A DNA stretch of 52,544 nucleotides, filler included, from Bipalium vagum (GCA_037834085.1; 3 parts of 3 records of this genome joined end to end with filler, not necessarily neighbours in it), one strand, 5' to 3'; positions 1 through 12,991 are shown, counted from the first letter of the whole stretch. Notes: a model not told the origin generated them from the sequence alone. Numbers and translations: made by a program.

Positions 1-89
1 ATTCATAAAGTATGAAATACATAGACCTAATAACAAATATCTAATAATGAAGTCTTTAACAAGGAATAATTGAATAATTCAAAGTATAA

Positions 90-980
90 AAAAAGCAATT
101 TCTGCTAGAGCTTACTGCTGCAATCTTTTCTTTGGTTTAGAGTTGCCTTTTTCAAAAACTTCTGGTTAGAGAAAAGTAATAAATTGCATAAAGATGCTTT
201 GGAATAGAAATATTTTTCATTGTAAGACGTTTTCCACTTTCCGTGAAAATGGTAGTCCCTAGCTGAAAGGTGTGTGAAATTAGGATGATGATTAGTGGTA
301 TCCAAATCCATCTACAGAAATTTAATGGAGTCCGATTTGCAACATACGACCATTATCATAAAGGAGTATTGGGCTATCTTTATTGGATAATCTCAACGGC
401 AATTTGCAAAATTCTTCATTCTTTCTTCCACTTGAATGCAGTAAACGTCTGCTGTGATTGATTGATCTTGTTTCAAGATGTTATAGTAATCATCAGCCCT
501 TTTTCATGAATTCTTTGAATTTGAATAATGTTTGAGAAGTTCATCTATATTTAATCTTTGTGCGAATTGCTGACGATTGTCGTCACACATAACAATAAAA
601 TGGAAAAAAAGGATCACACTTATTCCTTGAGAGTGGAGAAATGCATGCATTAAAACACTTCGGCAAATGAATTTTTATTAATTGATATGGATTTTTAAAT
701 TTTATTTATTTTTCTCAAATGTTTTAAAATGGTTTGAGAGACATGAAATGTTGTTGCTAATTCTGTGAAAAATATAAATGTGTTGTTTTTCACTATTGCC
801 TTCCATTCGTCACTGTTGATTTTGATTGCAGGTCTACTGTGGTGCTGATCTTCCAAATCAAAATCAGAAGATTTCAGATTTAAAAACAAACAATTGCTTT
901 CATGTTCCTGGTAGTTTGGGCTGTGTTGGATCCTCTACAGAACCCATTTTTCATGATATATAATTTTTCGAATTTTTCAT
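90..980 (-). mobile_element. Decayed mariner (DD34D) transposase, cecropia/Hsmar1-like
   Basis: Minus-strand fragments are collinear with a mariner transposase: FCRGSNTAQTTRN; DFDLEDQHHSRPAIKINSDEWKAIVK...TILKHLRKINKI; QSITADVYCIQ; PILLYDNGR; HHPNFTHLSARDYHF (HPPYSPDLAPTDYHF-like). Many stops and frameshifts. Boundaries approximate. Confidence 0.85.
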
Positions 981-1822
981 TATCTGAAATTCAGAATTTA
1001 CAAATTATATTTAAATATATATATTATGAATCTTAATTTAGAGATTCAAATTTGATTTGCTGTATTGTCCGATTTTATATCTCGTTCAATTTCCACACAT
1101 CCTACAATAAACCTTATTGCAAAAGCGTGATAATCGGGATTACTATTTTGTTATAATCCAGCCAACAATATTTTAATCTGTTAAAAAAAGCAATCCAAAA
1201 TTGCCCCAGTTTTGAAAAAAATTCTCAATTTCTTTTAATGGATTGGAGAACTTTGTTTTGCTTTGAAATTGGCGCGTATCAAATAGTGAGCTGAAAAAAC
1301 TTAATGTGTAAGTTGATATTATATAAATGGATAAAGGAAATTCAATTTATAACAATTTAGGTAAAATAATAAAGTAATATTTTGACTTGAAAAGAATAAT
1401 AACTGAGATAACCAAAATTTAAAGACAGTAGATTATTAAAATTCATTATTATTAGAATTAATAACTCGTGAGATTCAGCCAACCCCTAGGTCTTCTAAAG
1501 ACATGGTCATTTGATTAGCCTGAACCGTAAAAACAAACATAATGCTTACTGAATAAATAAAATAAATATCTTCTCACTAACAATATTCTTCTAAATATTT
1601 TGTCAAAATATTTTCTTCTAAGCAATAAATCGTCTTCACAAAACAATACTCTTCGAAATGTCTTCTCCAGAAAAAACATAATAAATAACTTCACAAAAAA
1701 GATTGAAATTTTTCTGGGCGATATTCTCATTTCTTATATAGAATGTTCTTTTGCAAGTCAAATGATCACTTCCGGTATCTTAACCTAAATATTACACGTA
1801 CTTATCAGCCATTCTGTATAGA

Positions 1823-2987
1823 TATAAGGGATATAAATAAATAATGCGGATTTATTTTAAATATATTTATTGCGATATCTATATATATTTGTGCATTGAA
1901 ATATAAATCAATTTGTTTGAATAATATCTAATTAATAGGGTAATTATTTAAATTTTCATAATATGTTTATAATTTCAAAATTTTTAGATCTAAATATGTC
2001 AACATCTACGCTAAGCAAAGAACACGTGTGGGAAGTTCTCATTCATTACTTCACGATAAATAAAACTGCTGTTGAAAACAGCAGGATATTATGCGATGTT
2101 TATCAAAAAAACGTGTATTATCTCAGGGCACAGGCAAGCGTTGGTTTTACCGCTTCTGAAGTAATGATTTCAGTGTAAAGGATAAAGAAGGCCCAGGCCA
2201 TCGTTCCAAATTTAAAAGCCAAGATTTATTTAATTTATTGGATGAAGATGCCTTTCAATCGCAAAATCAACTTACCAAGGAAAGAAAATGGGTACCACGT
2301 CAATTGTATGAAAGACAATTAGAAAACCGAAAAGTTTTCAGTGACATATTCTTACAAGGGCACGATAGAATGTCTTTCTTCCATAGAATATTGACAGGAG
2401 ATGTAAAGTGGAAATCACAAACATACGAAAGCATGGGTTACCAAGGTCAACCATAAATACAAACTGCAAGACCTCTTCGGAAAGATAAAAGGTTTGCGTC
2501 TGGTGGAATCAGCAAGGCGTGATTGAGCTCCTGAAACCAAGTGAAAGTGTTAATTGGGAGATATACAAAAACCACATAGTCCATCTGAATCAGTCTTTAA
2601 TAGTTAAACATCCTGAATGGATCAATAAACATGGACAAGTATTTCTTCTAAATGAAAACACAACGATAAGAAATGTGAAGTACTCACCCACTCGCCGTAT
2701 TCATCAGACCGTACTCCTTCCTATTTTCACCTGTTTTGTTCAATGATACATGTAGTTGCTGAGATGGACTTCAAATCTTACAAATGTGTCCAAAATATGG
2801 TCTCTGGATGGTTCGCCTCGAAGCCAAGAGTTCTTTTGGGATGGCATCCATAAATTGACTGAAAAAATGGAAGAAATGTGTGAATAAAAGTGGCAATTTT
2901 TTGAATAAATTTTTTTTTAATTTTGTTTCGAAATTACTATGCTTCGGTTATTAATAAAATCCGCATTATTTATTTGTCCTCACAATA
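1823..2987 (+). mobile_element. Decayed mariner with both TIRs, mauritiana (Mos1)-like
   Basis: About 30-bp TIRs: aaataaataatgcggattt at left, aaatccgcattatttattt at right. Fragments MSTSTLSKEHVWEVLIHYFTINKTAVENSRIL, KWVPRQL (WVPHEL), FFHRILTGDVKW, ELLKPSESVN, HSPYSSDRTPSYFHLF. Internally deleted and frameshifted. Confidence 0.92.
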
Positions 2988-3924
2988 ACAATTAAAACGA
3001 TACTTTATTTTCATTGATTTCAGCAAAGTGGTGACACTACTTCTTGAAATAAATGTATATCTTAAGTTTAATAACAATTCTGTCTCATATGGCTACCCGA
3101 CTATTAATAATTGTGATTAATACTTATTTTACATTTTTGGAAACGCTTTTAACAAATTTCACTTTAATTTAAATTAATTTAAATCTCTAGATTTTCACTA
3201 AACTTTAAACAAAGATGAAAAATGTGGAAAAGCAGATGCAACACAATAAAATTATGAATGTTTTTTATATTTATACAAAAGAAATTAATCTTAAAATTGT
3301 ATTATATACAAAATTATTGTATACTAATATTATTATATAAAAAAATAAAATACAGTACCAAAATCAAATTTTTCAATCATCACTCAAAGTAAAATCAAGA
3401 ATAATTTTATTATAACAGAAAATTATCTTAAAATCGCATTGAAAAATGTGTACAAAGTATATTGATTACCAATAGGAATTAAGTCTCACAACATCGTATT
3501 CTCTGTTTTAAATAGTCTGCGCAAAATTCAGTTGAAATAAACAATTTTTAATACATTTTTAAAAAATTAAAAATAATATATTATTTAGTTAGTTTACCAT
3601 CGTCATTTAAAACAATAAATAAATACCATTTAAAATTGTTTTGCTGTGGTTAAGCATTAGAAAATTGTTTATTGTTTTAAAAAGAAAATTCCTGTTCATT
3701 TTATTGTTTTGGTTTTTCTATTAATAAACATTTATTTTAATATTAGGTGCATTACCATCATTAGGGTTTTGACAAAAATGAGTTAAAATTTGCGATTCAA
3801 TGAATAAATTAAATTGGTATTATATATTATTTGCAAGGTCATATAATCGTAATAATAAAAATAACTTAATATAAGTAGATATTGTTTAAATAATACAGAA
3901 ATTCTAAATTTTGTTCCAAAACAA

Positions 3925-5253
3925 TGTTATTTGCGTGAAGTAATGCTGTATTACTATTTTGCAAAGAAAACCTGTGCAGAAACAAACCGCTTGCTGGTAG
4001 AGGTTTAAGAAATATATTCTGCTTCCACGAGGACATACAAAAAATGGTTTACCAATTCAGGAATGAAGACAATGACGAAAAGTGTTTTAAGATAAAGAAT
4101 TGGCATAATTACTACATGGATACCCGTGTCAAAGGCAAACGGAACTATCCATTTTGTTAAATGTGAGCCAAAGATGAATTTCCAAATTTTTAGAAGTATG
4201 AAAATAATTAGAAAATTAAGGAAATGGGCCCTACATAGATTGACGGAAAAAAGAAACTTAGGATTTGTGAAATCCATCTTCAGAGCTGTTGGGTTAGCCA
4301 AGGACACATCCCTGCCAACCCTTGTAAAAGTAGAAGTATGGTAGAGACCGCAATATGGTTTAGATTGGTTATTATCAATTAATTATTAAGACCGCAAGAG
4401 GGTCAGAAATAATAATAATAATTAATAAATTAATTAAAAAGTTCATCCAAATAAAAATTGGGCAATTAATTATTTCTAAAAAGGATCTAATCTTGACAAT
4501 GGCGAACCTAAATTGCCAAGATTAGATCAGGGTCCGCAAGGAGGGACCGATTTAGAATTATCGGTCTAAAAATGGAATTGACATTCCCCATTGATAAAGC
4601 TGGTCTACGATTGATTGATCGTCTGATCAGCATAGTATATAAGGAGTTGGAATCCGCAGTGGATTGCCACAGTAAAGTGATCGAGAATTGTTACTATTGT
4701 CAGAAGAAGGATAGAGTCGTTATTATTTTCAGAAGAGTGAATATTATTATTGTCAGAAGGATCAAGAGCTGTCAGAAGAGAACCCGCTATTATTCGAAGA
4801 TTACTTTTGAAATAGTAATTTATATTGATGCCCTCCATGTGACAGGAGCACACGACGGGTTCTGTGCGGTTAGGGGGTTTCTGAGCGGACCGGATTGGGC
4901 TCAGCTAACCACCCTTTGGACCAGTCGTTCACCAGTGGTGAGAATATTTAAATTTTATTCATTTGTTTTTTTTCTTTTTAAACACTTATTTGATCTTAAC
5001 ATTTAATTATTGATTATTTTAATTATTCGATTTTTAGTGTGACAATATTTGATTATTCTTTTTGTGTAAGAACACTTGACATTCACTGATTATTTGACAT
5101 TTGTATTTTGTTTGTATTGTTATTTTAGCAATAAAGTGTTGTTCATAATTGTTTGACTCATTTATTTGTGTACATGTATAGGCTAAGTGAAGGGGTCAGT
5201 AATTTTGCGAGCTAGTGTTACGACCAGGTTCATAGTGAGTTAATATCGTAATA
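3925..5253 (+). mobile_element. Probable solo LTR of an LTR retrotransposon (about 1.3 kb)
   Basis: GC-richer block starting TGTTA and ending ...CGTAATA. It has a TATA-like gtatataagg near 4635, short tandem ttattgtcagaag repeats at 4690-4780, a structured GC-rich cassette at 4830-4941, and AATAAA near 5130. No target-site duplication confirmed. Confidence 0.55.
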
Positions 5254-5669
5254 AAATAAAAACATTTAATTTTTGTTGTTTTAAATAAATAAAAATAAAA
5301 TATAAAATATATAAACAAAATATATAAAAAAATATAAAATATAAATAAAAAATTTAAATATTTAATTAATTTCTACTTTACTGGAAATAAAAATACCTTT
5401 ACCAATCACTGTCGACAATACAAATGAGTACAATTCAAAATAATTAGAATTAAAATTTAAAAGAAATTTGTTATATGTAAAATTAGATAGCGTGCCATTA
5501 CTCAATGGAAAATTATCCAATATATTTTAAATTAAATTAACCTAAGTAATTTATTTCTCAAAAATAACAATAAATATAAAATAATTTGAAATTCATACAA
5601 CATTAAAAACAACGGAAACAAGAAAGTGTTATATTTTAGTAAACAATTCTAAAAGAAAAAAATATTTAT

Positions 5670-6767
5670 TATTGGGTGACCTAAAAAGTTTCCACCGTTT
5701 TTAAATAAAAACAAACAATTTTTTCACATAACAAATAAACTTTATTTAATCAAATATGTTCTTTTTTGTTCTATAACCTTTCTGAATTTATTTATTAAAA
5801 TCATAATTCCATCATTGTAAAATTTCGGAGATTTCTGATTGAAAAACTGCAAAATGTACTTTTCTTAGTATTCTTCTGAAGCCAATGTCACTCCATTAAG
5901 AAAAAGCGGAACAAATGGTAATCCGATGATGCCAGGTAGAACTGTAGGGTGAGTGCATCATGACTTCCCAACAAAGTTCTCCCAATTTCTGCTGAGTCAT
6001 GAGAGATGTATGATGTGTGTGCTGACTTCATGGAACAAAGTCTTTTCTGTTGACCAATTATGGTCGCTTTTTTGAATCGACTGATTTAACCTATAGTTAA
6101 TCTTTTGCAGTCGTTTCACCGATTTTTGATCAGGATCTTTTCCTCTCATTATTCTCATATCTTATTCATTTTCAATCACCGGTTATCAACCTTTTAAAAA
6201 ACGGTTCAATTTCATGACGTTTCAATGAATTTTCAAAGACGGAAATTTGGTCACTTAAGCTTTTTTCCGATAAATTATGAGGCAGCAAAATATCGAGTTT
6301 CTTTTTGTATACGAGCTTTTCCAAATGTTTTAATACAGTTTATTAACAAATGCCAAGAGATTCTGCAATGTTATAGCTGCTTATATGACATATTTTTCGA
6401 TTATTTTCTGGATTTCGACGTCTTTATCTGCTATTGGTCTTCCAGAACAAGATACATCTGTTACATCGAAGTTGCAACTGCAAAACCGACCAAACCATTA
6501 ACCTTTCTGATACAGTACTAGCTCCATAGACATCACACATCTTTTTATTGGAATATTTTTCTTTCAGGAAATAAAATTAAAAAATATACCTAATTTATTC
6601 AGTTTTGAATTTTTTGCGTCATTTATTTAGTTTTAAAGGATTTTTTTCGGAAAATTAAAAGTAGGTAACTGATTTTTTATTAATAATAATAAAATTGCAT
6701 TTAGAACTTACAGATCGCTTGCAATTCATCTTAAAACAATCAATAATGTAAACGGTGGGTTTTTCAT
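5670..6767 (-). mobile_element. Decayed mariner, mellifera-like
   Basis: TIR tattgggtgacctaaaaagtttccaccgttt at 5670, partial mate aaacggtggg near 6750. Minus-strand QKLGELCWEVMMHSPYS, ASSDYHLFR, NGVTLASEE, QFFNQKSPKFYNDGIM. Confidence 0.85.
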
Positions 6768-8989
6768 CTAAAGACGGTCGTACTCAACAGTTCTGTTGAT
6801 TGTCCATTTTAAAAAATTGCAAAACAACAAATTTCTTGAGTAAAATGTCTTAAAATCTCCTAATCATAGAATTCTTATCAATTTGAAGAAAAACTTCGCT
6901 TCTTATTCGAAAATCTTTAACAAAAACAACTATTCTTGAAATAATAAATATCTTCGTTCCGTAAAACTTATTCAAAAAAATAACCGTCTTGCTAAATTTT
7001 TGGGTAAATCTCCCTGATTTGCCACTCTTTATATATTCGGACAATAGCGTCTTAAATGGCAAAACGTTCTCAAAAATTTTGAATTTCCCTGAGTGGCAGT
7101 ACCTTTTCTAACTTATCCACCACTCAGGAAAATCAACAGGCCAATAAAACTTTTTCAAAATTAAAAATATATTTTATTATTATTATAATCCTTCCTTACC
7201 CTTCTTGCGGTTCCTTTTCCCAATACCCTTATTTAACCAAACATATTTATTACAATAACCAAAGCTTTCTTGTATCAAAAATCATTTTTCTTAGGGTTCA
7301 AATTTTCATTTTTTCTCATGTTTTGAAACATAATATTTGAACACAATAACAATACCAACATCCAAATTGTAATTTTTTACTTTTACTCATTCTTTATTTC
7401 AGCCATAAGCTGTCTGCTCACCGATAATTAGATTTCTTCGGTTTCCGGAATTTATCACGTTTCACATTTCATTTACTAGTTGATATTGAAAGTAAAAAAA
7501 ATAATTTATTTACATTTCGTTTCTTAAATTTTTTGAATTAATTTGAGTTGAATTTTGGCTTGTCTTTCACAGTTTTAAGCTTAATTTCCATTTTATGATC
7601 TAATTTATTAAGTTTTAATGAAATTATGGACGGATTTTACAATTTAAATTTTACTTGGAAAATTATTAATTCTTGTTTAAAATCAGTGTTGTTTTAATAT
7701 TCTTTCAAATTTGATTATTTAACTATGGAGTTTTGGAAAACTTCTTCAAAACAGTGGTGAATTTTAAATCATTTGCCTTAAAAGGTTAAAAGAAACTTGT
7801 TTAAAGAATATTTTAAATTTAATACCAAGTTTTCATTACAATTCCAGCTTTATAGTTATTAATTGGGTATTTTATAATCGGATTTAACAGATTTTCTAAA
7901 ATTTATAAATCGTTGTTACTTAATTTACGTTGAAAATTAAAATTTTAAATTACTTCATTGCAATTTTTACATGAGCAATTTTGAGACATTCGATTAGGCG
8001 TGTCGTACACAGACTTCTATTAAAACATAATATTGCAGTGAAGTTCATTGATAGTTCAAACTCCGTCAACCAATACTTCTAACTTCTGATAATTACGTAC
8101 TTATGTTCATACTCTAATTAAAACAATCACTCGTATTATTTTTCTTATTAAGACCTTTTGCCCTTTGACAAACTCAAATTTTGGATCATTAGTTACAACT
8201 GGAATTTGATAATAATTTTTAGTTATATCATATTATTATAAAATACAAATATAATCAAAATTTATTTTCATCAAAATCGTTGCATGATTGAAATTAAAAA
8301 TATTTGTAAAATAAATTAGAATTTTTGAAAAATTTTCAAAATTGGTTTTTTGAGTTGAACAAGATTTATCAATTGAAGTGATAATGTTAAAAATCAACGA
8401 ATCAGGTGACGATTGAAATATTATATTTTCCTTAACAGAATATGCACTGCATTAAATTTTAATTAATATTAAATAATAAATCAAATATTTTTAAAACAAT
8501 ATATTAAAATTTAATCCTTAATGTAAAATAAATTGTAATAAATTTAAAGTTTTCTTTTAAAAATTAAATAATTAAATTAATGATAATAAGTCTCAGGTAA
8601 TTAATTTGTTTAAGTAAATAATAAAAAGAACACACGTATTCAAACAATACAATTACTTTCATAAAATAAAAATGTTACCGAATCTTTATTTTATGAATTC
8701 GGAAACTGTTGATAACGTGACAGTAACTAACACGCGCATCATATTTTTAGATTTTCCAACGGCACTCAACGCTCTTTAATTTCATTTGAAAAATTTGTTT
8801 ACACAACCTTTGAAAATTATTAATTTCTTATGCAAGTTTAAAATTTATTATGGAAACTGTTGCTGATATTTTGTGTGAATTATTTGATGATAAAGAGAAA
8901 AGATTATTGTCATTAACTAAGTAGTAAATCAGTTCTAATATAATAATAAAAAGTAAAATAACTAGTAATCCAAACAGCAATAGTTAAGA

Positions 8990-9502
8990 CAGTGGTTCTC
9001 AATTCCAGAGTCGAGACCCCAAATGAGGTCGGCAAGCATTTTTAAAGGGGTCACCGAATTATGGTAGGTGACCAAATCATTACATGTGAAAAATTGTGTT
9101 TTATAATGCTCTTAAATAAATAGTTTGAGATGCTGATTAAAATAATTTTGTTCAAAATTAATTTAACTACTACAATTAAGTATTTTATAGGTAATTCATT
9201 TCCTGTTGTAAATCGATGAAATGTAAATCAAAAGATAACTAAATATCATTTCATTCTATATAATATATATCATATATAACAAAATATCATTTCAAAAAAC
9301 CTATAGATTGACTTCAATGACCAGAAAGCATCATAAGCGTGTGAAAGGGGAAAAAATCAGCATTCTCATTAAACTATTGCCAATTGGTTTAATTAAATAT
9401 GTAGTTTATGACTTATTTTTAGTAATATTGATTTTCTTTGGGGTCGCCAAGATCTTTGAAATGGGGAAACGAGTCAACATTGAAAAAGGTTAATAACCGC
9501 TG
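8990..9502. mobile_element. Non-autonomous hAT (Charlie/Buster-type) MITE, 513 bp
   Basis: Ends CAGTGGTTCTCAA...TTAATAACCGCTG, the Charlie-type TIR. Subterminal ggggtcg/gacccc motifs. Flanking 8-mers agttaaga and acttacga match at 6/8 positions, consistent with an aged 8-bp TSD. Confidence 0.8.
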
Positions 9503-11401
9503 ACTTACGACATAGCTTATTGATCCTATAGAATTAGTATTTCACACAAAATATTATTTCAGATATCCTATATTAACTACAGAAATTTGAATCAAAGAAA
9601 TCACAATGAGATGACATTTGTAAATAATTATCATTGGAAAACTATTCAATAATTTGTGAAATTTTCAAAATTCAATTTAGATTGAAAAATTAAATAAGAT
9701 TTGAGAAAGGAAATAAAAATAATTTTAATATAATACTAGATAAATTCATACAAAATACAACATTTCTAAATTAATCAATCAAAACTAAGCTATAAACCAC
9801 TACATGGAAAATTTTCCCTAAACAACGAAATATTGAAACCGGTAGAATTATAATTCAAAGAATTTTGCTTCATTTCATTTTAAATTAAATGATGAATATT
9901 ATTATGCAAATTATTTATTCAATTAAGTTTATAGGGAATTATGAAGATTTTATATAATATTAATTATTCAGTAAAATCAATAATTAAAATTGTTTTAATC
10001 ATTGATTTTTACGGCGATCTTTAAATTCATAATTACTTATAAAGTTAATTTTTTAAACCAGCTAAATCTAATTTTATCAATTAGAATAAAAAATAGGTAA
10101 TTAATAAATGAAATGTTAGAACCCAGGGAAAAATTAACCGTGACTAAAATATCAATAGAAACCCCTCAAAGGAACTTATTTCAAGACCTGAATGAGGAGT
10201 CGAAGATAAGTGCCCGGAGTTAATGGAGACTGGTAACAATTAGTTGATTTATTTGTGATAGAAGAAAATACTTCCTAAAATTTTCTTTCTTATTGTTTTA
10301 ACTGATAACTCGAATCTGATTCGATCTCAGGAGCATTATTTTTAGAAAAATAAGGCATTTTAAAGTTAAGGTAATAATAATTTTCAAAAGATTTTCATTT
10401 TAAAAATACTGAGTATTTTGTAGCTGTGATATACAATTTTTATGCAGTTATTCTTCTATTTATACTTCTTTAAGAGTGATTGTTTGGGAAAGTAAACCCA
10501 AACACGAGTATTACTTGCACACAGCGGTGTAAGTAGTTAAGACTAATTAAAACAACACTTACAAATATAATATAATAAACATAAATAAAATATTAATATG
10601 TAAAATAATTATTTTCTTTATTACTAATATACCATAATTTATTCTAATTTCAATGAAACAACTAATAATATTTTATTTTATTCAAACCCGCAAAACTTTG
10701 ACTCCAGAAATATATCAGATGTTCATTACATACTAAATTAACTGAGGAAATCAACTTCACCTTTAAAATGTTTTAAATAAAAATCTTTTTGAGTAAGGTC
10801 ATCAATTGTGAGAACTAAATTTATAAATGTCACCAGCCAATTCTGGCACAAACTCTCAGAAGTGAGAGCTAATCCTCTAGGAACTAACCCTATCAGACGT
10901 ACATGCTTTATGTTCACCTAGTGACCAAAATATGATAATGAATCACAGGAAATTTCTTTAGAAATCCAACTTTGGTATATTAATAAATATATTTTTTATT
11001 ATTAAAACTATTCTTAATACTATTTTTAATTAATTTTTTTCTTATTAGTAATTCTTTTATTGGGTTCAAACCCATAACCACAATGTGGTGTTTGATATTT
11101 CTATCTTTCTTTCCTTTTGATAATTATTATTTTATTCTTATTATTAATAATTAAATTTTTATTATCACTTTATACTTCTCAATGATATTCTTTTTAAAAA
11201 TCATTATGAAATAAAGTTATCCAATGAGCTACATAGTGTTAAAAGTTTTCAGAAGTTAACGAACTGAAACATTTACATTATTGAATTATTGTTAAACATA
11301 AATTTTCATGAATGTACTGTCATTTATATAATTTTTGAAAAAGAGCTTTCTACCGATTTCAAAAGTTAATAAACATTAGCACTATTATATGTAAATCAAA
11401 C

Positions 11402-11434
11402 CTGAATTTCTGTTCCATCTTGAAGACGGACCGG
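11402..11434 (-). CDS. PDE2: PDE2-like phosphodiesterase, 33-nt exon within GAF-B (PVRLQDGTEIQ)
   Basis: ttttAG|ccg...cag|GTttga; phase 0/0 and in frame with the preceding exon across a 72-nt intron. GC-richer than its flanks. Confidence 0.65.
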
Positions 11435-11506
11435 CTAAAATATGATGACTGTAGCTGGTGCATGGTAAAATATATAGATCTTTATCATTTAAACATGCTA
11501 ACCAAC

Positions 11507-11594
11507 CTCGTTTTTCTCACTTGAGGTCGGTAATCCATCAAAAACCTTTGCTACCAATTCATTTGCGTCTTCATCAACAAGAAATACAGAACAT
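11507..11594 (-). CDS. PDE2: PDE2-like phosphodiesterase exon, GAF-B
   Basis: (R)CSVFLVDEDANELVAKVFDGLPTSSEKNE matches PDE2A ICSVFLLDQNELVAKVFDG. AG/GT boundaries; phase fits the upstream exon across a 44-nt intron. Confidence 0.93.
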
Positions 11595-11638
11595 CTAAAC
11601 ATTAATATTTTTAAAATCAAAAGGTAATTTTAAAAAAC

Positions 11639-11742
11639 CTTTCAGCCTGGGTAAGATTACGTGCTTCTTGCATGATCATGAGGAGCAACTCATTGAGATT
11701 ATCCATTCTACTGAAGATATTTTTCGCCACCACCAGCATTTT
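11639..11742 (-). CDS. PDE2: PDE2-like phosphodiesterase exon, linker helix and start of GAF-B
   Basis: KMLVVAKNIFSRMDNLNELLLMIMQEARNLTQAE(R) matches PDE2A [34 protein letters not shown]. Canonical splice sites. Confidence 0.93.
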
Positions 11743-12990
11743 CTAAATGAGAATGCGTACAATAAAAATAGATTTATAATTTATTTATTTATTTTATTTA
11801 TTTATTATTATTTATTTATAAAAATTTTTTATATCTTAAAATGTTTATCTCATTAGATTCCAAAACATCAAATATGTCTTTTATCAAAATTACTTAAAAC
11901 TTTTTTTAGAAATTAATAATATTATTTAATATTAATTTATTTTACATTATTTTTAACAGAAAGTATACAAGAAATTTATTTTGGGAAATCTATTCATATT
12001 TTTTGAAACTTGTAAGTTCTTAAAAATTTAATCATATATATGTATTTTATAGATTTATCGATTTAACACATTCGCAAATATATAATTAATTATATATTAA
12101 TATACATTATAAAATAAAAACATATTACTAATTTATATTGTCACTTAATTTATTTACAATTTTCATATTTACTTTTTTATATTACAATTTTATTTATTCA
12201 TTTTAATTTGTAAAAGCTTAATGACCTCAATAATTCAAATGTACTGAATCTCTATACAAAATGTTTCTTTGTTTAACTAATTTAAGGTTGTAACAAAAGA
12301 CCAAATTAATTTAAAAATTGCACTGTGGTGTATATTAATCTGAAAAATAATTAAAGCTACGAATGTTGAAATGACAAGCCTGGATACATGATAGTTTTAA
12401 AGAAATTAACAATTAGTTTAGAACCAATTAAAAATTCGAATTTACGTAATCCAAAATAATTTTCAACTGAATATAAAAATGTTTTTTTGCGTCTATCAAA
12501 ATCAGTAAATAAAATTGTTCTTGAAATATTTTCATTAATTTGATACTATTCCATTTAATTTGTTTCTCATTGTCAAATGAAAAATGTACGAAATAATTAT
12601 CGGATATTTTTATTTCGATAAATTAAAAAGTAATGCACGAAATAAATATTTTTGAAAAATTTTAGGAAAGGGATCTGATAAATTTATTGGAAGCGGTTTT
12701 ATCAAAATCGTAGGCATCACTTTTTATTTCCTTTTGATTTCATTAATTACTAATTCTTGAATAAGAGTTTTGAAGCTCTAATTCTCTTTAACGGAATATT
12801 TAGAAATTTTTTAATTCAAACAAATTTTAACCATTCCTTTCCATTAAATTTTCATTATTTTCTAACAATTCTTCTCATGAGACATTATTGAACAAGTTTT
12901 TATTGAATTCATTGTTTTAATTGTTAATATTTTTGATCACTTTTGTTTGGTTTCGTGTTTCGCATAGTTTCCATAAATAGAAAAGTATCA

Positions 12991-12991
<1 letters not shown>

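Noticed and set aside
4690-4790. Spaced ttattgtcagaag repeats as a CRISPR-like array
   Set aside because: Short, degenerate units with irregular spacing in eukaryotic DNA and no cas genes; typical LTR tandem repeats.
4572-5006. 144-aa ORF, the longest in the track, and the overlapping ORFs at 4005-4344 and 4605-4853
   Set aside because: They lie in the LTR-like block, run through a TATA box and tandem repeats, and show no recognisable domain.
6780-8200. Possible eroded gypsy pol on the minus strand, and an inverted repeat cctgagtgg/ccactcagg at 7088-7128
   Set aside because: Only vague motif echoes; too degraded to support a call.
10740-10920. 59-codon minus-strand open frame after an AG, as a PDE2 exon
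   Set aside because: No similarity to the expected GAF-B continuation; weakly mariner-like.
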